A model generated the notes under the pieces. That model was not told where the DNA came from and did no database searches. It was given only the letters and a program-made list of their open reading frames with translations. DNA of 64,000 bases. Source: Rhodobacterales bacterium. Its GTDB lineage: Bacteria > Pseudomonadota > Alphaproteobacteria > Rhodobacterales > Rhodobacteraceae. Positions 21,446 to 30,096 of the stretch are shown one piece after another. Each line of letters starts with the position of its first letter. Positions within the stretch are counted from its first letter, which is position 1. The stretch covers positions 12,895 through 76,894 of the forward strand of contig JAYUGA010000323.1 in NCBI GenBank assembly GCA_043738565.1, in the 5' to 3' direction. Position numbers and translations under genes: made by a program.

Positions 21446-21937
21446 CTAGTCTGCCAGTCCGCGATAACCACCGTTCCAGTAGATCAGCGCCCCCTGCCCC
21501 GGTGTCGTGCGGATCGACAGCACCCGGCCGATCACGATGGAATGGGTGCCGCGGTCCAGCATCTCGTCCACCGCACAGTCAAAGGCCAGCGGCGCATCCG
21601 CCAGTGTCCGCGCCCCGGCCTCGCCCACAACCCAGTCGGCTCCGTCATAGCGGGCCGCGCCCCGCGCCCCGGCAAAGCCCGAAAACCGCACTGCCACGGC
21701 CTGATGCTGCGCACCCAGCGCCGACCAGCCGAACACCCCGGCCTCTTTCAGCAACGGCCAGCCCGACGAGGCCCGGTTGATACAGGCCAGCACCATCGGC
21801 GGCTCTGCGGTCAGCGAGATGCCGGAGGTCACGACCAGACCCGACGCCGCTGCCCCCGCGCCCATCGTGATCAGGCTGCAAGAGCCGACAAAGCCCCGCA
21901 TCGCCGTCTTGAAGGCCTCTGCCGTGGGTTCTTCCAT
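21446..21937 (-). CDS. Flavin reductase-family protein (HpaC-like)
   Basis: 163 aa. FKTAMRGFVGSCSLITM and the SGISLTAEPPMVLACIN pattern are typical of the flavin reductase domain. Confidence 0.85.
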   Translation of the reverse strand: MEEPTAEAFKTAMRGFVGSCSLITMGAGAAASGLVVTSGISLTAEPPMVLACINRASSGWPLLKEAGVFGWSALGAQHQAVAVRFSGFAGARGAARYDGADWVVGEAGARTLADAPLAFDCAVDEMLDRGTHSIVIGRVLSIRTTPGQGALIYWNGGYRGLAD

Positions 21938-22074
21938 GCCGTCTCCGATCTTAGCGTGAGATAGAACACTCCCGCCCCGGTTTCCAGCGACCCGCGAGGT
22001 TTACGAAGGCGGCGTCAGGCCTTAGTCTGCACCAGCCGCCAAAACCAAGGCGCACCCCGAATCCCAGAGGCCGC

Positions 22075-23814
22075 ATGTCCGACCCCGATCAAACCTACCG
22101 CGTGCTGGCCCGCAAATACCGGCCGGAGACATTTGCCGATCTGGTGGGTCAGGAAGCAATGGTGCGGACGCTGAAGAACGCCTTTGCCGCCGACCGCATC
22201 GCCCATGCGTTCATCATGACCGGGATTCGCGGCACCGGCAAAACCACCACGGCGCGGATCATTGCCAAGGGGCTGAACTGTGTCGGACCCGATGGCAAGG
22301 GTGGCCCCACGACCGAACCCTGTGGCCTCTGCGAACCCTGCCGCGCCATTGCCGACGGCCGCCATGTCGACGTGATCGAAATGGACGCGGCCAGCCAATC
22401 CGGGGTGCAGAACATCCGCGATGCGATCATCGACACCGTGGCCTATCGCGCCGCTTCGGCCCGCTACAAGGTCTTCATCATCGACGAAGTGCATATGCTG
22501 TCGACCTCGGCCTTCAACGCGCTGCTTAAGACACTGGAAGAACCGCCCGAACATGTGAAGTTCATCTTTGCCACCACCGAGATTCGCAAAGTGCCGGTGA
22601 CGGTGCTGTCGCGCTGCCAGCGCTTTGATCTCAAACGCATCGAACCCGAAGTCATGCTGGCCCTGATCCGCAAGATTGCCACGGCGGAAGGTGCGGCGAT
22701 CACCGATGGCGCGCTGGCGCTGATCACCCGGGCTGCCGAAGGCTCTGCCCGCGATGCGACCTCGCTCTTGGATCAGTCGATTTCCAATGGCGCGGGCGAG
22801 GTTTCGGCGGAACAGGTCCGCGCCATGCTGGGGCTGGCGGACCGCGGCCGGGTGCTGGACCTGTTCGACCTGATCATGAAGGGGGCGGCACCGCAGGCTT
22901 TGGCGGAACTGGCGGGGCAGTATTCGGATGGGGCTGACCCATTGGCCGTGCTGCGCGATCTGGCAGAGATCACCCATTGGATTTCGGTGGTCAAGATCAC
23001 GCCCGAGGCTGCGGAAGACCCGACCACGCCGCCGGATGAACGGGCGCGCGGGCTGGACATGGCACAGCGGCTGCCGATGCGGGTGCTGAGCCGGATGTGG
23101 CAGATGCTGCTGAAGGCGCTGGAAGAGGTGCCTTTGGCCCCGAATGCGATGATGGCGGCCGAGATGGCGGTGATCCGGCTGACCCATATCGCCGACCTGC
23201 CCGACCCGGAAACCCTGATCAAGCGTCTGCAAAGCCAGCCGCAGCCGACGGGGGGTGCCCCTGCGGGGGGCGCGGGCGGAACGGTGCATGGGCCGATGCT
23301 GCGGCTGGCTCCGGCCACAATGGCACGCGGTCCGGTGATGCAGGGCGGCCAGGCCCTGGCATTGGCCGAGGCGCCGCTGACGGTTTACGCGACGTTTGAG
23401 CAGGTCGTGGCGCTGATCCGCGAAAAGCGCGATCTGCGGTTGCTGGTCGAGGTGGAAACCACGCTGCGGCTGGCCCGATATGCGCCGGGGCGGATCGAGT
23501 TCGAGCCGACCGCCGACGCCGCACCCGACCTTGCCGCGCGGCTGGGGCAAAGGTTGCAGGGCTGGACCGGCGGGCGCTGGGGCGTGTCGGTGGTATCCAG
23601 CGGCGGTCAGCCTACGATTGCCGAGGTGCAGGATCAGGACTTGAACGCGGCCAGGGCGGAGGCCATGTCCAACCCGCTGGTCCAGGCGGTGCTGGCGGCG
23701 TTTCCGGGCACCGCAATTACCGCGATTCGCACGGCGGAAAGCATGGCGGCAACCTCTGCGGCAGAAGCCCTGCCGGAAGTGGAGGACGAATGGGATCCGT
23801 TCGAGGACGAATGA
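22075..23814 (+). CDS. dnaX: DNA polymerase III subunit tau/gamma
   Basis: YRPETFADLVGQE, Walker A GIRGTGKTTTARI, zinc module CGLCEPCRAI and box FIIDEVHMLS. Confidence 0.95.
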   Translation: MSDPDQTYRVLARKYRPETFADLVGQEAMVRTLKNAFAADRIAHAFIMTGIRGTGKTTTARIIAKGLNCVGPDGKGGPTTEPCGLCEPCRAIADGRHVDVIEMDAASQSGVQNIRDAIIDTVAYRAASARYKVFIIDEVHMLSTSAFNALLKTLEEPPEHVKFIFATTEIRKVPVTVLSRCQRFDLKRIEPEVMLALIRKIATAEGAAITDGALALITRAAEGSARDATSLLDQSISNGAGEVSAEQVRAMLGLADRGRVLDLFDLIMKGAAPQALAELAGQYSDGADPLAVLRDLAEITHWISVVKITPEAAEDPTTPPDERARGLDMAQRLPMRVLSRMWQMLLKALEEVPLAPNAMMAAEMAVIRLTHIADLPDPETLIKRLQSQPQPTGGAPAGGAGGTVHGPMLRLAPATMARGPVMQGGQALALAEAPLTVYATFEQVVALIREKRDLRLLVEVETTLRLARYAPGRIEFEPTADAAPDLAARLGQRLQGWTGGRWGVSVVSSGGQPTIAEVQDQDLNAARAEAMSNPLVQAVLAAFPGTAITAIRTAESMAATSAAEALPEVEDEWDPFEDE

Positions 23815-23821
23815 GGGCAAG

Positions 23822-24175
23822 ATGCTGAAAGGTTTGGGCGGTCTGGCAGGACTGAGTGATCTGCAGAAGATGATGAAAGCCGCGCAAGAGGCGCAGGCCA
23901 GGATGGCCGAGTTGCAAGATGAGCTGGCGCGGATCGTGGTCATGGGCGAGGCGGGCGGCGGGCTGGTCAGGGTGCGGGCAACGGCCAGAGGTCAGGTCAC
24001 GGGGCTGGAGATTGACCGCTCGATCCTGGTGGCGTCCGAGAAGGAGGTCGTGGAAGACCTGATCGTGGCGGCGATCCAGGATGCGCAAGGCAAGGCTGAG
24101 GCGCGCCGACAGCAGGAAATGGCGCGGCTCGCCGAAAGCATGGGCCTGCCTGCCGATATGAAGCTGCCGTTTTGA
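23822..24175 (+). CDS. ybaB: Nucleoid-associated protein YbaB/EbfC
   Basis: 117 aa. It holds the conserved position between dnaX and recR and has the YbaB-like pattern LQKMMKAAQEAQARMAELQDEL. Confidence 0.9.
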   Translation: MLKGLGGLAGLSDLQKMMKAAQEAQARMAELQDELARIVVMGEAGGGLVRVRATARGQVTGLEIDRSILVASEKEVVEDLIVAAIQDAQGKAEARRQQEMARLAESMGLPADMKLPF

Positions 24176-24208
24176 GGCGGTTGTGCGGGCGGCAAGCGGC
24201 GATTGGCG

Positions 24209-24253
24209 GTTTCACACCCCCAAACCCCCGTGGGATATTTGTGCCAAAGTGAA
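24209..24253 (-). repeat. Intergenic repeat family copy (inverted orientation), upstream of recR
   Basis: The reverse complement gives TTCACTTTGGCACAAATATCCC followed by CGGGGGTTTGGGGGTGTGAAA. Confidence 0.65.
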
Positions 24254-24289
24254 ACGAAATTTTAGATAAATTGGCCTAAAAGGCGAGGC

Positions 24290-24889
24290 ATGCAGCAGAC
24301 ACCGCGCGACATTGAGCAGTTGATCGACATCATGGCGCGGCTGCCCGGTCTGGGGCCGCGGTCGGCGCGCCGCGCCGTGCTGGCGATGCTGAAGAAGCGC
24401 GAGGCGCTGATGGCACCCTTGGCGCAGGCCCTGGCGGGCGTGGCCTTGTCGGCGCGGGATTGCGGGATTTGCGGCAATATCGGCACGGCGGACATCTGCG
24501 CGATCTGTGCCGATGACGCCCGCGCCAATGGCGAGATCTGCGTGGTCGAGGATGTGGCCGATCTGTGGGCGCTGGAGCGCAGCCGGGCGTTCAAGGGCCG
24601 CTATCATGTGCTGGGCGGCACCTTGTCGGCGCTGGATGCGGTAGGGCCGGAGAATTTGCGCATCCCGCAACTGCTGGACCGCATTGACCGCGAGGGTCTG
24701 CGCGAGGTCATTCTGGCGCTGAATGCCACGGTCGATGGCCAGACCACCGCGCATTACATCGCCGATGCGCTGGCGGGGGTGCCGGTCAGCATCAGCTCAT
24801 TGGCGCAGGGCGTGCCGATTGGTGGCGAACTGGACTATCTGGATGATGGCACGATCGGCGCAGCGCTGCGGGCGCGGCGCGGGGTTTAG
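24290..24889 (+). CDS. recR: Recombination protein RecR
   Basis: 199 aa. It has the [11 protein letters not shown] helix-hairpin-helix, the C4 zinc finger CGICGNI...CAIC and a Toprim region. Confidence 0.95.
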   Translation: MQQTPRDIEQLIDIMARLPGLGPRSARRAVLAMLKKREALMAPLAQALAGVALSARDCGICGNIGTADICAICADDARANGEICVVEDVADLWALERSRAFKGRYHVLGGTLSALDAVGPENLRIPQLLDRIDREGLREVILALNATVDGQTTAHYIADALAGVPVSISSLAQGVPIGGELDYLDDGTIGAALRARRGV

Positions 24890-24917
24890 GAAGCGTGTCA
24901 GGCGCGGCGTCCGCGGA

Positions 24918-25664
24918 TCAGCCTTCGTCATCCTCGTCATCTTGGGCATTCGGCAGGTTGAAGAAGCTGTCAGCATCCGAGAAATTGGCCGGCTTGTCCT
25001 CGCGCGCCTTCTCGTCGCGGGCGGCCTTGGTGAACGCCTGCAGACCCGAGGGCATTTTCGGCTCGTCGGGCATGCCCAGCGATTGTTCGGTGGACACCAG
25101 CTTGCGGCGTTCGTCGTCGGTCATCACCACACCTTCGGCGGCTTTCTTGCGGGCGGCGGCCTGCACGGCGGCGTCAAGTTCGGTCTGCTTGCACAGGCCC
25201 AGCGCCACCGGGTCGATCGGGGTGATCTGGCTGATGTTCCAATGGGTGCGTCCGCGGATCGACTGGATCGTGGGCTTGGTAGTGCCGACCAGTTTGCCCA
25301 CCGCGCCATCCGACAGTTCGGGGTGGAATTTCACCAGCCACAGGATCGCAGCGGGACGGTCCTGCCGTTTGGACAAGGGCGTATAGCGCGGGCCACGGCG
25401 CTTTTCCTCGCCCACCGCAGAGGCGATGAATTTCAGCTTCATCCGGTACAAGGGATCAGCCTGCCCACGTTCAATCTCGACCGCGTCAAGCTGGTTGTTG
25501 GCGACCGGATCAAAGCCCTTGACGCCGGTGGCGACATCGCCATCGGCAATGCCCTGCACTTCCAGCTCGTGCATCCCGCAGAAATCGGCGACCTGACGGA
25601 AGGTGAGCGTGGTGTTGTCCACCAGCCAGACGGCGGTGGCCTTGGACATCAGCGGCTTGGTCAT
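24918..25664 (-). CDS. DUF1013-domain protein (alphaproteobacterial TrcR-like cell-cycle regulator family)
   Basis: 248 aa with the conserved N-terminus ATAVWLVDNTTLTFRQVADFCGMHELEVQGIADG and an acidic C-terminal tail. Family assignment is from memory of DUF1013 proteins. Confidence 0.7.
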   Translation of the reverse strand: MTKPLMSKATAVWLVDNTTLTFRQVADFCGMHELEVQGIADGDVATGVKGFDPVANNQLDAVEIERGQADPLYRMKLKFIASAVGEEKRRGPRYTPLSKRQDRPAAILWLVKFHPELSDGAVGKLVGTTKPTIQSIRGRTHWNISQITPIDPVALGLCKQTELDAAVQAAARKKAAEGVVMTDDERRKLVSTEQSLGMPDEPKMPSGLQAFTKAARDEKAREDKPANFSDADSFFNLPNAQDDEDDEG

Positions 25665-25781
25665 CGGATCACTCCTTTACAAATCTCTCCCGTGCCGGGA
25701 AAACGGTTGCGACTTTTGGATCGCGGTAGTCTCGTTTTCGGGAAGTAGGCGCTCTATAGTGCCGTTTGGGGCCGAGGGAAA

Positions 25782-26426
25782 GTGAAAATGCGCCTGCTTT
25801 GTCTGATCCTTTGGGCAATTTTCGCGGCTTTTCCGGCGCAGGCGCAGGGCGAAGGCGCAGGGAGGTTCGACTATTACGTCCTGTCGCTTGGTTGGTCATC
25901 GAACTGGTGCGCCCTGACCGGCGACAATCGCGGCGATCCGCAATGCGCGGCGGGGCGCGGGCTGACCTTTACGCTGCACGGGTTGTGGCCGCAGTTCGAG
26001 GTGGGCTATCCGTCTGATTGCCGCACGGAAGAAGCCGATCCGTCGCGGTCAGACACCGCTGCGATGGCCGATATCATGGGCGGCTCCGGCGTGGCGTTTC
26101 ACGAATGGCAAAAGCATGGCCGCTGTTCGGGCCTGTCAGCGCAGGACTATTACGCGACGATGCGCAAGGCTTACGCGGCCGTGGCGATTCCGCCGCTGTT
26201 CGCCAAGGTCAGCCGGAATTTGCGCCTGCCAGCCTTGGTCGTCCAGGATGCGTTTCTGGACAGCAACCCGGGCCTAGCAGCCGACCAGGTCACCGTCACC
26301 TGCACCAGCGGCGTGATCCAGGAGGTTCGGATCTGCCTGACCAGGGATCTTGCGCCTCGCAACTGTGCGGCCGATGTGGTGCGCGATTGCACGCTGAGCG
26401 AGGCCGAACTTGACGCGGTCCGCTGA
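25782..26426 (+). CDS. Ribonuclease T2-family protein, secreted
   Basis: Signal peptide MKMRLLCLILWAIFAAFPAQA. The catalytic CAS motifs are FTLHGLWPQ and HEWQKHGRC. Confidence 0.85.
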   Translation: MKMRLLCLILWAIFAAFPAQAQGEGAGRFDYYVLSLGWSSNWCALTGDNRGDPQCAAGRGLTFTLHGLWPQFEVGYPSDCRTEEADPSRSDTAAMADIMGGSGVAFHEWQKHGRCSGLSAQDYYATMRKAYAAVAIPPLFAKVSRNLRLPALVVQDAFLDSNPGLAADQVTVTCTSGVIQEVRICLTRDLAPRNCAADVVRDCTLSEAELDAVR

Positions 26427-26465
26427 GCGGGCGTGAAGAAAGCCATTTCGGCTTGATGAACGCCT

Positions 26466-27165
26466 TTACTGCCGCGCCGGGACCACCGCACCGCGCTGCA
26501 CCGCCGGACGGCGAGGGAGCGGTCGAGATAGGCCAGCACGTTCTTGCAGTCAGCCAGCCTGGCAATATCGTCTGCCTTGTAGAAATCGCGCAGGGTCCGG
26601 TCCGCAGCCAGGGACAAATGGTGATATCGGCGATGGAATATTCGCCCGCGATCCAGTCGCGCCCTGCCAGTGCCTGATCCAGCATGTTCAGCAACCGCTC
26701 CGCCTCGGCCCGGCAGCGTTCCTTGGGGCCCGGGTCTTCGATCTCTTTGCCGGCGAAGACCCTGAAGTAGCCCAACTGCCCGAACATCGGCCCGATGCCG
26801 CCCATCTGGAACATCAGCCATTGCAGCACTTCGTAGCAGTTGGCCGCGGGCAACAGTTTGCCTGGCTTTTCGGCGAGATAAATCAGGATCGCCCCGCTTT
26901 CAGACAGCGCCAAGGGCTTGCCGCCCGGCCCCATCGGATCAAGGATCGCCGGGATTTTGTTGTTGGGGTTCAGGCTGAGAAACTCGGGACTCATCTGCTC
27001 ATTGGTGGCGAAATTCACCAGATGCGCGTCATAGGCCAGCCCCATCTCTTCCAGCGCGATCGAGACTTTCTGGCCGTTCGGGGTCGGCAGCGAATAGAGC
27101 TGGATTGCGGTCGGGTTGACCGGAGCCCAGCGTTTGGTGATCGGAAAAAGGGCCAATGTGTCCAC
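26466..27165 (-). pseudogene. Glutathione S-transferase (YfcG/YghU-like), two frameshifts
   Basis: The N-terminal 190 aa are intact (SPNNKIPAILD, SESGAILIYLAEK, GEYSIADITICPWL). The C-terminal helices (RTLRDFYKADDIARLADCKNVLAYLDRSLA, then RPAVQRGAVVPARQ*) lie in two other frames. 1-nt losses are inferred near 26597-26601 and 26508-26512. Confidence 0.7.
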
Positions 27166-27314
27166 GAAACCGCTCCTTCAGGGTTCTCGGGTCGAGATAG
27201 GGAAAATTTCCCCGTTAAAAAGAGGCCTGGCTGTGCCATCATGCAGAGGGCCTGCCCAGGAATGCAGGCTGCAACAGGCGCCGGAACAGCCGCCAGCCAG
27301 CAGGGACAGAGAAA

Positions 27315-27725
27315 ATGCTCAAAGAGTTCAAGGACTTCATTGCCAAGGGCAATGTGATGGACCTCGCGGTCGGTATCATCATCGGGGCGGCTTTCACCGC
27401 CATCGTCAACTCGCTGGTCGGCGATCTGATCAACCCGATCATCGGCCTGATCCTGGGCGGAATCAACTTTTCAGACATGTTCATCGACCTGTCGGGCAAG
27501 GCCCCGGCCTCGCTGGCCGCCGCCAAGGATGCCGGCAACGCGGTCTTTGCCTATGGTGCCTTCATCACTGCGATCATCAATTTCCTGATCGTCGCTTTGG
27601 TGGTGTTTATGCTGGTCAAGACGGTGAACCGCATGATGCCCAAAGCCCCGCCGGCGCCTGCCGCGCCGGCTGGCCCGTCCGAACTGGACGTGTTGAAGGA
27701 GATTCTGGTGGCGGTGAAGAAGTAA
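27315..27725 (+). CDS. mscL: Large-conductance mechanosensitive channel
   Basis: 136 aa with the canonical N-terminus [27 protein letters not shown]. Confidence 0.95.
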   Translation: MLKEFKDFIAKGNVMDLAVGIIIGAAFTAIVNSLVGDLINPIIGLILGGINFSDMFIDLSGKAPASLAAAKDAGNAVFAYGAFITAIINFLIVALVVFMLVKTVNRMMPKAPPAPAAPAGPSELDVLKEILVAVKK

Positions 27726-27857
27726 GCCCGCTCAGTGAAGACCTGTTGCGGGACCGCCTTGCTTTTCCGGTCGTCCCGTTCCGGGCATGCCGCAGACATC
27801 GTAGGTTGAAGCCCGGGAAAGCGCCCGGAAAGAGTCATCATCGCATGAGGGACATTC

Positions 27858-28187
27858 ATGACAGACCTCGTTTGGTACGAGATTACGGTAACGGCAGAGG
27901 ACGACACCGGTCCGGTCCTGACCTCGGAACTTGTCGCGCGTCGAGATGGCATCATCGAAAGCTGGCAGCCGATGTACCAGCGCGGCCAGCCGAAGAAATT
28001 CAAACTGTCCTGCGATGTACCGGATCCCGACAACGTAGCGTCGCTGGTCTCGCAAAACTGGATCATCACGGCGCACAATTATGATCCGTCAGGTGGGCCG
28101 ATCTATGACACCAGTATCCCAATAAACATTACCCAAAGACAAACGGTAGCCATCGTCATTGGCCGAGGCGCGCCGATACTCGCCTGA
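27858..28187 (+). CDS. Hypothetical protein (orphan, lower GC than its neighbours by eye)
   Basis: 109-aa ORF with a plausible RBS (GAGGGA) upstream of the ATG. No recognisable motif. Confidence 0.4.
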   Translation: MTDLVWYEITVTAEDDTGPVLTSELVARRDGIIESWQPMYQRGQPKKFKLSCDVPDPDNVASLVSQNWIITAHNYDPSGGPIYDTSIPINITQRQTVAIVIGRGAPILA

Positions 28188-28243
28188 CACTGACCGGGTC
28201 AGGCCCAGAGCCAGAAAATTCGGCGGAGCTTGCCCTGCCCCGC

Positions 28244-29359
28244 TCACATCTTCAATGCCTCCTCCGCCGCGGCCACTGGCAGACCCAAAGCCGCGCCCAC
28301 CGCCGCATAGGTCAGCTTGCCCGCATGGGTGTTCAGCCCCGCCAGCAGGTGCCGATCTTCGGCACAGGCCTTTTTCCAACCCTTGTCGGCCAAAGCCAGC
28401 ATAAACGGCATGGTCGCATTGCCCAAAGCCAGCGTCGAAGTCCGCGGCACCGCGCCGGGCATGTTGGCGACGCAATAATGCATGATGCCGTCAACTTCAT
28501 AGATCGGATCCTGATGGGTGGTGGCGTGCGAGGTTTCAAAACAGCCGCCCTGATCAATCGCCACGTCAACCAGCGCCGCCCCCGGTTTCAACTCGGCCAG
28601 TTGCGCGCGGGAAATCAGCCGGGGGGCCGCAGCCCCCGGGATCAGCACCGCACCGATGATCAGATCGGCCACCCGCGCCAGTTCGATCGTGGTCGCCGCG
28701 TCGGAATAGGCCGATTTGAACGTGCCGCCAAAGACATCGTCCAGATAACGCAAACGGGTGATCGAGCGGTCCAGCACCGTCACATCCGCGCCCATCCCGG
28801 CGCTGATCTTGGCGGCATGGGTGCCCACAACGCCACCGCCCAGCACCAGCACGCGGGCGGGCAGAACCCCCGGCACTCCCCCCAGCAGCACACCGCGCCC
28901 GCCATTGGCCTTTTGCAGCGTCCACGCGCCGACTTGCGGTGCCAGACGCCCCGCCACCTCTGACATCGGCGCCAGCAACGGCAGGCCGCCGCGGTCATCG
29001 GTGACGGTTTCATAGGCAATCGCCGTCACACCCGACCGCAGCAGGTCATGGGTCTGCGCGGGGTCGGGCGCCAGATGCAGATAGGTGAACAGCACCTGGC
29101 CCTCGCGCAGCCTTGCCCGTTCGACCGGTTGCGGTTCCTTGACCTTGACGATCAACTCCGCCGCGAAAACCTCGTCCACCGTCGCGGCAATCCGCGCCCC
29201 CGCCGCGATATAATCGGCATCGCTGAACCCCGCACCATTGCCCGCGCCGGTTTCGACCGTGACCGCATGACCACGCAACACCGCCTCGCGCACGGCATTT
29301 GGCGTCAGGCCGACGCGGAATTCCTGCGGCTTGATCTCTTTCGGGCAACCGATTTTCAT
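28244..29359 (-). CDS. ald: Alanine dehydrogenase
   Basis: Start at the internal ATG (MKIGCPKEIKPQEFRVGLTP). The NAD-binding motif is VLVLGGGVVGTHAA. Confidence 0.95.
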   Translation of the reverse strand: MKIGCPKEIKPQEFRVGLTPNAVREAVLRGHAVTVETGAGNGAGFSDADYIAAGARIAATVDEVFAAELIVKVKEPQPVERARLREGQVLFTYLHLAPDPAQTHDLLRSGVTAIAYETVTDDRGGLPLLAPMSEVAGRLAPQVGAWTLQKANGGRGVLLGGVPGVLPARVLVLGGGVVGTHAAKISAGMGADVTVLDRSITRLRYLDDVFGGTFKSAYSDAATTIELARVADLIIGAVLIPGAAAPRLISRAQLAELKPGAALVDVAIDQGGCFETSHATTHQDPIYEVDGIMHYCVANMPGAVPRTSTLALGNATMPFMLALADKGWKKACAEDRHLLAGLNTHAGKLTYAAVGAALGLPVAAAEEALKM

Positions 29360-29498
29360 ATGTCTCTCCACCGGGAACCCAGTCCCTTCGGGACAAGTTT
29401 CGCGCAACCAAACCGCAGATGCTTTGAAACCTGGGTGGTGTTTTCGCGCAAACTTGATAGATTATCGCGCGAGACAGCCTTTTAGCGCAGAAATCATC

Positions 29499-29963
29499 AT
29501 GTCGCAGGAACTTGACGCTACCGACCGCCGCATTCTGGCGGTGCTGCAAAAGCAGGGCCGCATCACCAATGCCGAACTTTCGGACCTGGTCAACCTGTCG
29601 CCCTCGGCCTGCCACCGCCGGGTGCAGCGGCTGGAACAGGACGGCTTCATCGCCGCCTATGTCGCCCTGCTCGACAACCGCCGCATGGGGCGGCCCACCA
29701 CGGTCTTTGTCGAAATCACCCTGCAAAGCCAGGCCGAAGACCTGCTGGACGCCTTTGAACGCGAGGTGGCACGGGTGCCGGACATTCTGGAATGCCACTT
29801 GATGGCGGGCACGGCGGATTACCTGATCAAGATCATGGCCGAGGATACCGAGGATTTCGCCCGCATCCACCGCCAGTTCCTGTCGCGCCTGCCCGGGGTG
29901 CGGCAGATGCAGTCGTCATTCGCGCTGCGGACCGTGGTGCAGACCACGGCGCTGGCGGTGTAA
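29499..29963 (+). CDS. Lrp/AsnC-family transcriptional regulator, divergent from ald
   Basis: Start at internal ATG 29499 (MSQELDATDRRILAVLQKQGRITNAELSDLVNLSPSACHRRVQRLE). Confidence 0.9.
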   Translation: MSQELDATDRRILAVLQKQGRITNAELSDLVNLSPSACHRRVQRLEQDGFIAAYVALLDNRRMGRPTTVFVEITLQSQAEDLLDAFEREVARVPDILECHLMAGTADYLIKIMAEDTEDFARIHRQFLSRLPGVRQMQSSFALRTVVQTTALAV

Positions 29964-29974
29964 CCTCCTGAAAC

Positions 29975-30036
29975 TTCGGCCTTACATATTGGTCCAAATA
30001 TCCCACCGGGGGTCTGATGGGTGTGCCCCCCCCCCC
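29975..30036 (+). repeat. Intergenic repeat family copy ending in a C11 homopolymer
   Basis: The 26-mer GCCTTACATATTGGTCCAAATATCCC (29979-30004) is identical to 43800-43825. It is followed by ACCGGGGGTCTGATGGGTGTG and C11 (30026-30036). Confidence 0.8.
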
Positions 30037-30087
30037 AGTCTTGCGTGAATCGCAGTCTTGCTTGAATCGCAGTCTTTCTTGAAACCC
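30037..30087 (+). repeat. 17-bp tandem repeat, three units plus a degenerate fourth
   Basis: AGTCTTGCGTGAATCGC / AGTCTTGCTTGAATCGC / AGTCTTTCTTGAAACCC. A further TTTCTTAGAACCCC overlaps the LysR gene stop codon. Confidence 0.8.
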
Positions 30088-30096
30088 GCGCCTTTC

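Noticed and set aside
21964-22074. A possible SRP RNA (ffs) in the classical position upstream of dnaX. The region contains GGCGGCGTCAGGCC...AGCCGCC.
   Set aside because: The conserved domain IV core (GGUCAGGUCCGGAAGGAAGCAGCC with a GGAA tetraloop) is not present on either strand. There is only a loose stem resemblance.
22075-23814. A programmed -1 frameshift site in dnaX (A AAA AAG heptamer, as in E. coli).
   Set aside because: I found no A-rich slippery heptamer in the gene. Alphaproteobacteria are known to make the short form by other means.
22015-23943. A very long antisense ORF (642 aa) lies opposite dnaX. Similar long ORFs lie opposite real genes at 16300-17688, 18189-19328, 37972-39279, 43894-45477, 45802-47376, 47476-49143, 48992-50059, 233-1045 and 1348-2313.
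   Set aside because: They have the Arg/Gly/Pro/His-rich, motif-free composition typical of stop-poor antisense frames in GC-rich DNA. The opposite strand carries unmistakable conserved proteins in each case.
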